Part shown: piece by piece, positions 21,025 through 31,677 of the stretch
How positions within the stretch are numbered: the first letter of the stretch is position 1
Layout of the letters: each line of letters opens with the position of its first letter
NCBI GenBank assembly: GCA_963665095.1
Contig: OY762069.1
Coordinates: forward strand, 1,664,001-1,728,000
Direction: 5' to 3'
From: an uncultured Desulfobacter sp.
GTDB lineage: Bacteria > Desulfobacterota > Desulfobacteria > Desulfobacterales > Desulfobacteraceae
DNA: 64,000 nucleotides
Position numbers and translations under genes: made by a program
Notes under the pieces: generated by a model
The model's database searches: none
What the model was told of the DNA's origin: nothing
What the model saw: only the letters and a program-made list of their open reading frames with translations

Positions 21025-22326
21025 ATGGATATTATCACCACCCACAAAGGAGCTGATTTTGATGCTCTGGCCAGCCTTGTGGCGGCCACAATCATTTACC
21101 CTGATGCCAAACCGATTCTGCCCGGATCGATCAACGCCAATTTAAAAAAATTTTTAGCGATTCACAAAGACCTTTTTGATCTCTGGGAACCCGGTGAAGT
21201 TGATTTGGATGATGTAGATACCCTTATCTGTGTTGATACCCATTCCTGGTCCCGACTGGACCAGCGGTTAACCGTGCTGTCCGAAAAAAAGAACCTTAAC
21301 ATTATTATCTGGGACCACCATGAAGACGGTGATATGGATGCAAAGGAGTTGCATCTCCAGACCACGGGCGCAGCCGTCACCCTGTTGGTCCAGCAGATTG
21401 AAAAAGAACGCAAACTGATCACCCCGATTCAAGCCACTTTGTTTCTTATCGGCCTGTATGAGGATACCGGACATTTATCCTACCCCTCCACCCTGCCTGA
21501 AGATGCCTTTGCGGCCGGTTTTCTTTTGGACCGCAAAGCCGATCTCAATATTCTTGGCACCTTTCTGCAGCCGGCCTATGGAAAAAAACAGAAAGAGATT
21601 CTTTTTGAGATGATTCAAAAGGCAGACCGCAGTGAAGTGAACGGCTTTTCTTTAAGCCTGTCCCGGGTGGAGATCAAAGGTAGAGTGGAAAACCTTGCCA
21701 TGGTCATGCAGATGTTTCGGGAGTTAATGAACGTGGATGTGGCGTTCGGCATATTCAAGGACGTGGAAAAAGATAAATGCATGGTCATTGGCCGAAGCGG
21801 AGTGGATGACATCAATATTGGTGTCATCATGCGCTCTTTAGGCGGCGGCGGTCACCCAGGAGCCGGGTCCGCGCTGGTTAAAGGGGCCAATCCCGACGTC
21901 CTGATCGAAACAGTTATGGAACTGTTAAAAGGCAACCAGTACTCATCAGTTATGCTGTCAGATATCATGTCTTACCCGGTTGTCACGGTAAAATCCGATA
22001 CGCCTGTGGGTGAGGTGGCCATGATGCTGCGGGAAATGGGCTGCAGCGGAATGCCGGTGGTGGATGAAAATGACAAATTGGTGGGCGTAATTTCAAGGCG
22101 GGATTTCAGAAAGGTCCGAAAATCAAAACAGATGGAAGCCCCGGTAAAATCAATCATGAGCCGGAAACTGATCACCATTGAGTATGACAGAAGTGCATTT
22201 GAGGCTGCCCGCCTTATGATCAAGCACGATATCGGCAGACTGCCGGTCATGCAGGATGCAAAAATTATCGGGATCATCACCCGATCCGATGCCATGCTAT
22301 ACTTTTACGATCTGCTTCCCGATTAG
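21025..22326 (+). CDS. DHH/DHHA1 phosphoesterase with C-terminal CBS pair
   Basis: H.GADFDA, VDT, WDHH, EDTG, GGGGHPGAG, two CBS repeats. Confidence 0.85.
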   Translation: MDIITTHKGADFDALASLVAATIIYPDAKPILPGSINANLKKFLAIHKDLFDLWEPGEVDLDDVDTLICVDTHSWSRLDQRLTVLSEKKNLNIIIWDHHEDGDMDAKELHLQTTGAAVTLLVQQIEKERKLITPIQATLFLIGLYEDTGHLSYPSTLPEDAFAAGFLLDRKADLNILGTFLQPAYGKKQKEILFEMIQKADRSEVNGFSLSLSRVEIKGRVENLAMVMQMFRELMNVDVAFGIFKDVEKDKCMVIGRSGVDDINIGVIMRSLGGGGHPGAGSALVKGANPDVLIETVMELLKGNQYSSVMLSDIMSYPVVTVKSDTPVGEVAMMLREMGCSGMPVVDENDKLVGVISRRDFRKVRKSKQMEAPVKSIMSRKLITIEYDRSAFEAARLMIKHDIGRLPVMQDAKIIGIITRSDAMLYFYDLLPD

Positions 22327-22349
22327 CCTGACCGCTTACAAGTTCTCTT

Positions 22350-23038
22350 CTAAACAGGTTTTAACTGCCTGTTTGACAAGACAAACTGCCGATCGGCAAT
22401 ACGTTTTACCTGATCCATATAGTGGGACACCATGATAATTGTGCATCGAATTTTTAAATGTTCCAGCAGCTCTTCTATAACCTGTACCGAATTTTCATCC
22501 AGGGAAGAGGTGGGCTCATCCAACAGCAGAATCTCGGGTTGGAGCACCAGGGCTCTGGCCAGACAGAGTCGCTGCTGTTGCCCTCTGGAAAGAAAACTTG
22601 CATCCTCCATGAGCCGGTTCTTGACCTCGTCCCACAAAAAGGCCTGCTCAAGGGCCAGCCTTACTTTCTGCCCGACGGTCTCCTTATTTTTTTCTCCGGC
22701 AAGCCTGAGTGGAAAGGCAATATTTTTGAAAATACTTACAGGCAATGGATTGGGTGTCTGAAACACCATGCCCACACGTTTTCTAAGCAGCGGCAGCGAA
22801 TAACCTGCCTGAAAAATATCTTCAAATCCGCTGCCAAAATCAATCTTCACCTCTCCTTGAACCCTTGCCCCGTCTATATAGTTAGAAAAGAAGATTTTCC
22901 CTGGCCGGACGGCCCTGTAATCGAGGTAATGGTGTGTTCATGAATGTCCACATGAATATTTTCCAGGATCTGCCGCGACTTGTACCAGAACCCAAGATTT
23001 CTTACCTTTATTTTTACAGGAGTTTCCATATGCGACAT
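22350..23038 (-). pseudogene. pstB: Phosphate ABC ATPase, broken
   Basis: N-terminal fragment 23038-22874 with Walker A GPSGQGKS ends at TAG; the rest (MVFQ.PNP, LSRGQQQRL, LLLDEPT) is in another frame. Confidence 0.8.
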
Positions 23039-23683
23039 TTATCCGAATTTTGTCTTTTGATCAATCCGTACCCGGATAACATGGGCAAGGACGAACAGAC
23101 TTGTAATAATCATTAAAAGAATCAATGCGGCCCCATATCCTTTAACAAGTTCCGAAGGACCTGAATATTCCGACGCCATGTAATAGATATAAAACGGCAG
23201 GGCCTCAAAGCTTGAAAACGGGGATTTTGGCACACAAGCGGTGGCCACGACGCCTGTGAGCATTATGACGGCGGTGTCTTCCGCACACCGGCCAATGGCC
23301 AGGACCACCCCCGACACAATATCGGAAATGGCTGCAGGCAATAATACCAGAACGATATTCTGTAATCTGGAGGCACCCATGCTTGGGACTGTCAGCCGTG
23401 TCAGCAGCGGAATGCTTTCAATGGCATTCTGGGTGGTTTTAATAATATAGGGCAGCACCAGAAAAAAGGTACCTGCCATTGCCGGGAACAAACCGTCAAA
23501 CACCTGTTGCCGGAGCAGAATGGCGTTCAAAGGCGTGGTGTTTGCAAAGATCAACTCAAGGGTTAAAGCCTTCCACCCTTTCAGGATTAAAAAACCAATG
23601 ATCAGGGAGACCCCGGCCGTCAACGTGAGGGCACAAATCCACGAAAAAAAGCAAAGAAGCCTGTCTGCAATAGTTGCGGGCAT
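23039..23683 (-). pseudogene. pstA: Phosphate ABC permease with internal deletion
   Basis: Jumps from AGTFFLVL directly to PYIIKTT, missing the central TM helices; GRCAEDTA motif retained. Confidence 0.7.
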
Positions 23684-23684
23684 A

Positions 23685-24343
23685 TCAGCCGGTTCTCCTT
23701 TCAGACAACCTCGCCAAAATGATCCCCAAACCAGTCATCAGATAAAGAACGGCACCGCTGACGAAAATGGTTTTACATTCAATGCTGTCAAAATCCGCAG
23801 CCATGACCATGGCGATGCGGGCCGTCAGGGTCCTGGCCGAATCCAGGACGGAATGCGGCATCATGACACTGTTCCCGCTGAGCATCAGGGCGACAAGCGT
23901 GTCCCCCATGGCCCGGCCGAAGGCCAGGATGAGCCCTGTTAAAACACCGGGCCACGCCTGGGGGAGGATGACATAAAACAATTTTTGAGCCGCGCTGCCG
24001 CCAAGGGCATCCACCGCATCTGTGTAGGTTTTGGGCGCCCGTTCAAAACTTTGGGAAAAAAATAAAATCATGGTGGGGGAGATCAGCAGGCTCAGCATAA
24101 TGGATGCGGATAAAATACTCATGCCCGATCCGTGGGAAAAAAGGTGCCGGCAACCATGGAAAGAATCCCGAATTTTCCGTGGTCAGGAGACCAGGCACCG
24201 GTCAGGATCTGCCAGCTCATCCCGCTTTTCAGCACCGGCAGACTTAATACCACCATAACCCCCGAACACACAGGGTCACAGCCGCGCATAAAAAAGAGGC
24301 ACCGGCAAACACTGCCGGTGCAATTTGTTCCCTGGAACGACAT
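23685..24343 (-). pseudogene. pstC: Phosphate ABC permease, split and deleted
   Basis: N-part (W.PDHGKFGILSMVAGT) and C-part (GRAMGDT) in different frames with the middle missing. Confidence 0.75.
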
Positions 24344-25158
24344 CAGTTTACTGGAATAAAACCCATGTCAGAAACGATTTTTTGTCCATCAGGACTTAAA
24401 AGGTAGGCGATCAGTTTTTCAGCCAGCCCCTTGGTGTTGCTGAATAGGCCCCGGGCCACCTTATACTCGCCTGACTGGACCGTTTTAAGCGTGGGGACCA
24501 CCCCGTCAAGGGCCACAGGAGCCACAGACGCATCCATGTACCCCACAGAGACATAACCGATGGCATAGAGATCATTTGTCACAGCCGATTTCATGGCTCC
24601 GTTGGATGCGACAAAATTGGCTTTTTCAGTGATATCTCCCTTTTTCCGGGCCTTTTTCCAAAAAACCGCCCGGGTTCAGGAGCTTTTGTCCCTCGTGTAG
24701 ATATTAATGGGCCTGTCCTCTCCGCCCAAATCTTTCCAGATGACGATTTTACCGGCATTAATTTCCTGAAGCTGCTGGCCGGTCAGTGCCTTTACCGGAT
24801 TTGAGGGATGAACCACGGTGCCAACCCCGTCAATAGCCCATTTGTACATTGACAGCCCATACTTGCTCACCTCTTCGTACGTGGGTTTGCGACCGGAATT
24901 TCCAATATCCACCAGCCCTTCACCCACCTGTTTGATTCCGGCACCTGAGCCACCGCCGGCAATGGTGATCTGGATATCGGCGTTCATTGTCATAATCCGT
25001 TTGGCCGCCTCTTTCATCACAGGAATGTGCGCCGTACCATCGGCAATTCTTAATACCCCCTTATCCCCCTTGAATGCATCAAGTTCCGACGCATATAAGG
25101 TACCTGCGGCAAATACAATAGCGGACAACACAACCAGCCATTTGAACGGGCACATCAC
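24343..25158 (-). pseudogene. pstS: Phosphate ABC substrate-binding protein with in-frame nonsense codon
   Basis: GGGSGAGI, DIGNSGR; TGA at 24678-24676 replaces Gly of the R...SGT motif and the frame continues to AIGYVS. Confidence 0.82.
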
Positions 25159-25374
25159 TCGTTTCCTTTCTTTCTCCTTTCAAATTGTTAAATAATGATT
25201 AGAACAATTAATGGATACAACAAATCCGCTTTTTTCAACATCCGCAAAATAAAAATCCGACAGTCTGGGCCAAAATGGCCCGAAATGTCCGCATAAAGTC
25301 CTTTTATAATCCAGAATGTCTTTTATAATAAGCCATATTAATAATAATACTAATTTCAGTTAGGAGGTCTTTAA

Positions 25375-25971
25375 ATGTCCGATATAATCAATTCAAAAAA
25401 AACAGCCCTACTTGTTGTAGATGCCCAGGAATCTTTTAAGGCCAGAGGAGATGGGTTTTGGGATAACAGAGGTCCAAGTGGATTTGAATACCATATAAAA
25501 ACCCTTGTCACCGGCTTTCGCAAACGGGGTCAGCCTCTGTTTTTCATCCTGCATACGGACAGTGATCCCGGCTTCTCAACGGACTCGTCTTTTTTCAGGG
25601 TCATGGATTTTCTGGAATACCAGCCCTGTGAACCTTTAATCGTTAAACAGTCCCACAACGCGTTCACAAGTACCCCGCTTCTGCCCATGCTGCTTAAAAA
25701 AGGCATTACAAAGGTGGCTGTCTGCGGCATCCGCACGGAACAGTGCTGTGAGACAACCGCCCGGGTGGCATCCGATCTTGGATTTAAGGTGGATTTTGTT
25801 ACCCAGGCCACCCTGACATTTCCGCTGTCTCACCCTGTAACCGGACAGTTTCTGACTGTCGAACAGATCCAGGCCCGGACTGAAACCGTTTTGCACAATA
25901 GATTCGCACGCATTGCCACGGTGGATCAAATTCTTGGTGATATACACCAGTCAAGGATTAACGCGTCTTAG
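25375..25971 (+). CDS. Isochorismatase-family cysteine hydrolase
   Basis: ALLVVDAQ, K..HNAF, GIRTEQCCETTAR. Confidence 0.9.
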   Translation: MSDIINSKKTALLVVDAQESFKARGDGFWDNRGPSGFEYHIKTLVTGFRKRGQPLFFILHTDSDPGFSTDSSFFRVMDFLEYQPCEPLIVKQSHNAFTSTPLLPMLLKKGITKVAVCGIRTEQCCETTARVASDLGFKVDFVTQATLTFPLSHPVTGQFLTVEQIQARTETVLHNRFARIATVDQILGDIHQSRINAS

Positions 25972-26022
25972 CCGGAAACAAAGCAATCCGTTAACAACCG
26001 TCACACATAGAAAGGAATCCAG

Positions 26023-26982
26023 ATGAAAAAAATCCTGTTCTTATTATTTCCGGGAATGGAAATTCTCTATTTTTCCGGCCCCTTGCAAACCTTTGCAGAA
26101 GCAAAGAACTATGGCTGCCCTTTAAAAATTGAGTATTGTTCATGGCTGCCGGAAATCACCACCACACAAGGCGTTATCCTCCACAGGCTGGGCCATTTTT
26201 CAAACACCACACCTTGCAGGGAAGATATCATTATCATTCCCGGGGTTGAGCATGGGATCTATACCGATAACGGGTTTCAAAAAATTCCAGATCAGGTGTT
26301 TGAATGGCTGATCAAGGCCCATGAGAACGGGGTGACGCTTTGTTCCATCTGCACAGGCGCCTTTATTCTGGGCCATGCAGGACTTCTGGACGGCCGGAAA
26401 TGCACCACCCACTGGAAAAGAGTCCGGGAACTTGAAAAAACATATCCCAATGCCCATGTACAGACTGACACCTTGTTTACCCATGACCATGATATTTATA
26501 CCAGTGCTGGCATTGCATCAGGCATTGATCTCTCCCTGGCCCTTATTGAAAAACACTGGGGACCCAATATAACCGCCAAAGTAGCAAGGGAGCTTGTGGT
26601 ATACATGAGACGGGACGGTCGTGACAGCCAGACATCCATCTATCTTGATTTCCGGGATCACATCAACCCTGTCATTCACAAGGTGCAGGACTGGCTGATA
26701 TCGCACCCCGAAGAGAACAAAGGCATAGAAGCGCTGGCCCTAAATTTTGGGGTGAGCCCACGCCACCTGACCCGGCTGTTCAAAAATGCGGCCGGCATCA
26801 CCATCAAGCAGTATAAAACCCTTGTGACCCTGGCCCATGCAAAACGCCTGATGCAGTCCACGGATAACACCCTTGACACCATCGCGGACAAATGTGGTTT
26901 CCATGATGCAAGACAACTCAGAAGACTGTGGAACAAGCACTTTGGGACCAGCCCTTCACATGCCAGACGTAAAAACATGTAA
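26023..26982 (+). CDS. GlxA-family AraC regulator (DJ-1/PfpI + HTH)
   Basis: SICTGAF, TTHW, TSAG.ASGIDL, C-terminal AraC HTH. Confidence 0.9.
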   Translation: MKKILFLLFPGMEILYFSGPLQTFAEAKNYGCPLKIEYCSWLPEITTTQGVILHRLGHFSNTTPCREDIIIIPGVEHGIYTDNGFQKIPDQVFEWLIKAHENGVTLCSICTGAFILGHAGLLDGRKCTTHWKRVRELEKTYPNAHVQTDTLFTHDHDIYTSAGIASGIDLSLALIEKHWGPNITAKVARELVVYMRRDGRDSQTSIYLDFRDHINPVIHKVQDWLISHPEENKGIEALALNFGVSPRHLTRLFKNAAGITIKQYKTLVTLAHAKRLMQSTDNTLDTIADKCGFHDARQLRRLWNKHFGTSPSHARRKNM

Positions 26983-27296
26983 ACATGCCGGCAAAATATC
27001 GTCTGGACCGAGGGCTGTTTTCGTAAGTAACAATTGATGGGAACCTGCTGGCATCTGCCAATACCAAACTACAGGCATTTCCGACATATTCATTGTTTTT
27101 TTGGGTTGAATTAATAATAAATTTACCATAAAAAAGAGAAAAAATTTACCACATACTCTAATTCTTATAACTTATTTTTCATATTTTCTTTAAATTCGTT
27201 TTTGCAGCAACTTTTTTTCTTTTTCTCCAAAAGAATACAAACAAATCATATAAATTCAGTATATTAAATAAATACCAGTTCATATTTTTATGTTCC

Positions 27297-27312
27297 TGGC
27301 ACACATTCTGCT
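27297..27312 (+). promoter_or_regulatory. Sigma54 -24/-12 promoter of the PEP-CTERM gene
   Basis: TGGCACACATTCTGCT with exact GG-N10-GC spacing. Confidence 0.7.
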
Positions 27313-27388
27313 AACAATGCATCCATCGTAAAAAAACGATAGTAAGATCAAAACAAAGAAAATGAATCAAAGAAAAGGAACACAAACA

Positions 27389-28222
27389 ATGAATTTCGTA
27401 AAAGCAACTACCTTATTTGTATCTACAATTTTATTATTAACGCTGTCCATGATCTTTTTGACAGGCAACACATTCGCAAACCCCATTTCCAGTGCCAATG
27501 AGATAACCATTTACGACGGGAATTATTCAAGTGCCTCAGCCTGGTACGGACAGTCGGAAAATAACGAGGTCGAGCCCGGAATGGTCACCTCCCAGAGCTG
27601 GGACCTTGAAGGTTTTTTCCTGGAATACACAAATCTTTATATGGTAGGCGGGTACGATTTTAAGAACGGTAATCAGGGGTTCACATCAGGGGATATTTTT
27701 ATTGATATTGACGGCGACGCTGAATACGGCGACATCCACGGCACGCAAAACGGGCAAAGAGATATGACAGATACCTATGGATATGATTATGTAATTGATC
27801 TTGATTTCTCATCTTTGACTTACACGGTACTGGCTCTTGATAGTGACACGGTACTGCGGACGGCCTATTATTCAGCCAATCAGGGCTCAAGCCCCTGGCA
27901 ATATGTCAGCAATGGCAATGTGATGACCACCGGCCAGATTACCTATGAAGAAAGCAGCTCAGATGCGGCTGATTTTTTCAATGATTCAGACCTTCATAAC
28001 ATGGTTGCCGTAGATTTATCTTTCCTTCTCGGAGTTGACGCTGACACCATCACCTATCACTTTACCATGGGGTGCGGCAATGACAATCTTATGGGCCAGA
28101 GTGGAGAGATTCTCAGTTCCGGATCCGGTTCGCATGCCCCGGAACCTGGCACCATTCTTCTTCTTGGCTTCGGCATGTTAAGTTTTGCAGGTCTGACACG
28201 CGCCAATGCAAATAAAGGCTGA
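27389..28222 (+). CDS. PEP-CTERM (exosortase-sorted) surface protein
   Basis: Signal peptide; C-terminal APEPGTILLLGFGMLSFAGLTR. Confidence 0.88.
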   Translation: MNFVKATTLFVSTILLLTLSMIFLTGNTFANPISSANEITIYDGNYSSASAWYGQSENNEVEPGMVTSQSWDLEGFFLEYTNLYMVGGYDFKNGNQGFTSGDIFIDIDGDAEYGDIHGTQNGQRDMTDTYGYDYVIDLDFSSLTYTVLALDSDTVLRTAYYSANQGSSPWQYVSNGNVMTTGQITYEESSSDAADFFNDSDLHNMVAVDLSFLLGVDADTITYHFTMGCGNDNLMGQSGEILSSGSGSHAPEPGTILLLGFGMLSFAGLTRANANKG

Positions 28223-28319
28223 TTCCCTTTTATAACGGCAGTATCCTTCCGGATGCTGCCGTTATTACTTTCTGGGAATTTCCGTCCGGGTAGGCCCCAG
28301 TTAAAACGCCCGTTCAAAT

Positions 28320-29972
28320 TTAACTTTTAACCCGCTCTCCGGCAATGACAGCCAGTTTTTCCCTGAATATTTTTGAGTTGTGCCGGATATCCACAGGAAA
28401 CCGGTATTCAATAAAAATATGTTTAATCCCTGCGGTTAACGGATTTTTGCGGGCCAGAACAAAAAGCTCCTGAATAAAACTGTTTTCATTTGAAATTTTT
28501 TCGGTAGGTTCCACAAAAATCACCGGTGTTTGCGCGCTTTTGGGTCCCACCCCGGTCAAAGCAGAGCGGTATACCTTTTCATGGTTGTTAAAAATTGCCT
28601 CCACAGGAATGGTGAACAAGGTCTCTTTACCGGTTTCCACCCGATGGGCCTTTCTGCCACAGAACCAGATCCGGCCTTTTGAATCCCGCCAGCCAAGATC
28701 CCCCATTCTATGCCAGACCGTGCCATCGGGGTCAGGAATTTTGGCCAACAGATCTGCATTGGTATCATTAAAATACTGCTGAGTAACCAAATCTGCCTTC
28801 ACCGTAATTTCCCCCACCTGATTTTCAGGCACATCCAGGTTATCGCGGATCTGGGAGATGGGATCATCTGTAATTTTAATCAGTCTGACTTGTGTATCTG
28901 CAATGGGCCGTCCCACACACATGCCAAACCCCTGTTCGGAAAGCTTTCTGGTTTCCGATAAAATTTCGTGTGAACCAATGGATATGACAGGTACGGCCTC
29001 TGTGGCACCGTAAGGGGTATGAATCTGGGTGGAACCTGCAAGCATGGAAGAAAACTGCTCAATATTGGCAGGGCTCACAGGGGCACCGGCCGAGACCACC
29101 CGGCGAAGCGAAGGCAACTTAATACCGTTCTCTTTTCCATATTTTCCCACCCGGTTCAGCAGGGCGGGTGAGGCAAACATATTAGTGACCCCGTGATTCT
29201 CTATGGCCTCAATAATTTTAGTGGGATCCACCTGGGCAGGCTTGGTGGGGTCCATGTCCGGGATCACGGCTGTCATGCCAAGAGCCGGGTCAAACAGGGC
29301 AAACAATGGAAAGGTGGGCAGGTCCACCTCATCCGGAGCCACTTGAAAATGGGACTGGATCTGCCGGATCTGGGCTTCAAAATTGCCGTGGGTATAGACC
29401 ACCCCCTTGGCAGGACCTGTGGAACCGGTGGTGAACGCCACCGCGGCTGTCTCGTTTTCCGTGGTCTGCACCGGGTTAAAGGGCTGGGACAACGGCCGTT
29501 TCAACAACTGGTTCAGAGTATATCCACCCCAGAACCATTTCCGTCCCACAGTCACCCACCGTTTCACTGTTTTAAAATACCCCGGACGAAAAGTGCGCAG
29601 CACATGTGCTTTCTCAATACCGATAAATGCCCTGGGCCTGCTCTGGGCAAGACATTGAAGCATCCTGTCAATACCCATGCCAGGATCCACGACCACAGGC
29701 ACCGCCCCTACCTTGAACATGGCAAAAACGGTTAAAAAGAACTCCATCCCCGGCGGTACCATTAAAATAGTCCGGGTGCCCCGGCTGATACCGATACTTT
29801 CCAGTGCAGCAGCCAGAACATCAGACTGCTGATCCAGCTGCAAAAAAGTCAGCTGGCTATACAGCACCCGACCGGATTTGTCCCTTGACGCCGGATAGAC
29901 CACAGCCCGTTTAAACGGATAAATCTGAGCCGATTGTTTCAGGCTTAACGCAATATTGGTATAGCGTGTCAT
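28320..29972 (-). CDS. oleC: OleC olefin beta-lactone synthetase (AMP-dependent ligase)
   Basis: FTTGSTGPAKG, TPYGATE, HRMGDLG, PVDIRHNSKI; clustered with oleA/oleB. Confidence 0.85.
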   Translation of the reverse strand: MTRYTNIALSLKQSAQIYPFKRAVVYPASRDKSGRVLYSQLTFLQLDQQSDVLAAALESIGISRGTRTILMVPPGMEFFLTVFAMFKVGAVPVVVDPGMGIDRMLQCLAQSRPRAFIGIEKAHVLRTFRPGYFKTVKRWVTVGRKWFWGGYTLNQLLKRPLSQPFNPVQTTENETAAVAFTTGSTGPAKGVVYTHGNFEAQIRQIQSHFQVAPDEVDLPTFPLFALFDPALGMTAVIPDMDPTKPAQVDPTKIIEAIENHGVTNMFASPALLNRVGKYGKENGIKLPSLRRVVSAGAPVSPANIEQFSSMLAGSTQIHTPYGATEAVPVISIGSHEILSETRKLSEQGFGMCVGRPIADTQVRLIKITDDPISQIRDNLDVPENQVGEITVKADLVTQQYFNDTNADLLAKIPDPDGTVWHRMGDLGWRDSKGRIWFCGRKAHRVETGKETLFTIPVEAIFNNHEKVYRSALTGVGPKSAQTPVIFVEPTEKISNENSFIQELFVLARKNPLTAGIKHIFIEYRFPVDIRHNSKIFREKLAVIAGERVKS

Positions 29973-30691
29973 AAAAACTTCTTCTTTAATTTAAATATAG
30001 TTCCCTTGATAAGACCACCCGGTGGTTGATTCATGGCCTCTTTAAGCGGGGCTGTCTGTTCGTTGGATTTTTCCAGGGCTTCTTGGGCGGTCTGGGCCAT
30101 CTGCCGGGCAGACTGTGCCACTTTTTCCTGGCCTAGGGTCTCATTTACCTGGAACAGCACAAAAGTTTCCTTGATAGGCTTTTCAAGTTTTTCAAAGGAT
30201 TTTACCAGGGTTGTCTTACCCTTTTCCCACACCTTTTTCTGGGCGTCGGCGATTTTCTGCTGATCCGGGTATTTGGCGGCAATATCCTCAATGCGTTTGA
30301 TCTCAGCCTCAAACAGACTGACTTCTGCGTCATATATCAACAGCGCATCATAAAGCTCAGGCATATTGGCAAAACAAAATTTGAGCATCTCTTCGGGCAG
30401 ATTAACATGGGAAAGTGTTCCTGCCTGATACTGACGGCCGTCTTCAGACCCGCCCCCTGAAAAGAATTTGGTATAGGCAAAAAAACCGCCGCCCCCGAGA
30501 ATCAAAAGAATCAGCAGAAGAAATATCAGCTTTTTCAGAAGGGATTTCTTTTTAGGCTTTTTCCCCTCTGCCGCAGAAGTATCCTCACCCTCCTTTGCCT
30601 GACCTTTATTCGCTGGCTCCTTACTTGCCGGGCCTTTACCGGCTCCGCCATCCTCAGGGTCATTCTTTTTTTTCTTTTTAAATAATCCCAT
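29969..30691 (-). CDS. Single-pass membrane hypothetical protein with coiled-coil C-terminus
   Basis: Charged N-terminus, one TM helix (LIFLLLILLILGGGGFFAY); ATGA-coupled to oleC. Confidence 0.75.
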   Translation of the reverse strand: MGLFKKKKKNDPEDGGAGKGPASKEPANKGQAKEGEDTSAAEGKKPKKKSLLKKLIFLLLILLILGGGGFFAYTKFFSGGGSEDGRQYQAGTLSHVNLPEEMLKFCFANMPELYDALLIYDAEVSLFEAEIKRIEDIAAKYPDQQKIADAQKKVWEKGKTTLVKSFEKLEKPIKETFVLFQVNETLGQEKVAQSARQMAQTAQEALEKSNEQTAPLKEAMNQPPGGLIKGTIFKLKKKFL

Positions 30692-30762
30692 AGCTTTCCT
30701 ATGTATCCGGCATGGACCGGAAAGTCAAAATATAGATGGAAAGGATAGAATCTCCGTAACAA

Positions 30763-31677
30763 TTAGGACAAAAAGCTCCGGATTAATTCCAGGGTGGGTT
30801 TTGGCTTGTCTTCAAACAGATAATGTCCGGCATCTTCAAACACATGGGCCTTGGTATCAGGAAAGCGATTCCGGAATTCCGCAAGAAAATGACGGTCAAA
30901 CACAAAGTCTTTTGTACCCCACAAAAAAAGCAGGCGTCTTGGATCAAGCCGGTTCAACTGCCGGTCCACCTGGTCCACCCGTGCATAACTTCGATCTTTT
31001 GAAGTTATCGGTATATCCTGGACAAATTTTAAGGTCGCAATGCGATTTTTCCAGCAGTTGTAGGGTGCCACAAGGCCTTTTTTCACAGGCTTTGAGAGCC
31101 TTGTCTCAGGGGCAAGGTAAAGCGCGCCGCCAGCAAACACATTTCCCGCCAGTACGGCCGGTACGGCAAAGGGGGTCAGATGTTTAATGGCCCATAGGGC
31201 AGGAGGAAACCGTTTGGATGGGGGCAGAAAAAATCCGGATGTGTTGGTAATCACAATCTTATCCACCCGGTGAAGGTTGTCCAGGGCCCAGGCAAGACCG
31301 ATCATGCCCCCCCAGTCATGCACGATCAAGGATATTTTTTCATTCAGGTCCAGGTGACTCACTAGGGCATCAAGATCCGCCACCCGCCGGTCCAGGGTAT
31401 AGTCGTACGATTTGGCAGAGGGCTTGTCTGAAAATCCACACCCGATATGATCCAATGCAATGGTGCGAAAACGCCCCCGCAACCCTTTGATCAGATGCCG
31501 GTAATAAAAAGACCAGGTGGGATTGCCGTGGACCATGAGCACCGGGGACCCGGCCCCTTCATCCACATAGTGCATCTTGTGCCCGTTGATCCAGGCATAG
31601 TGGGGAGCAAAGGGATAAAGGGATTCAAACCCACAGGAAGAGGTGAGCCGGCCGTTGATTTTACGAGATGTTACCAT
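30763..31677 (-). CDS. oleB: OleB beta-lactone decarboxylase (haloalkane dehalogenase-like hydrolase)
   Basis: HGNPTWSFYYR, DHIGCG.SDKP, VHDWGG, AGHYLFED. Confidence 0.85.
   Translation of the reverse strand: MVTSRKINGRLTSSCGFESLYPFAPHYAWINGHKMHYVDEGAGSPVLMVHGNPTWSFYYRHLIKGLRGRFRTIALDHIGCGFSDKPSAKSYDYTLDRRVADLDALVSHLDLNEKISLIVHDWGGMIGLAWALDNLHRVDKIVITNTSGFFLPPSKRFPPALWAIKHLTPFAVPAVLAGNVFAGGALYLAPETRLSKPVKKGLVAPYNCWKNRIATLKFVQDIPITSKDRSYARVDQVDRQLNRLDPRRLLFLWGTKDFVFDRHFLAEFRNRFPDTKAHVFEDAGHYLFEDKPKPTLELIRSFLS

Noticed and set aside
24676..24678. In-frame TGA in pstS as selenocysteine
   Set aside because: It replaces a conserved Gly (GGA), not a Cys, and the rest of the operon is decayed.
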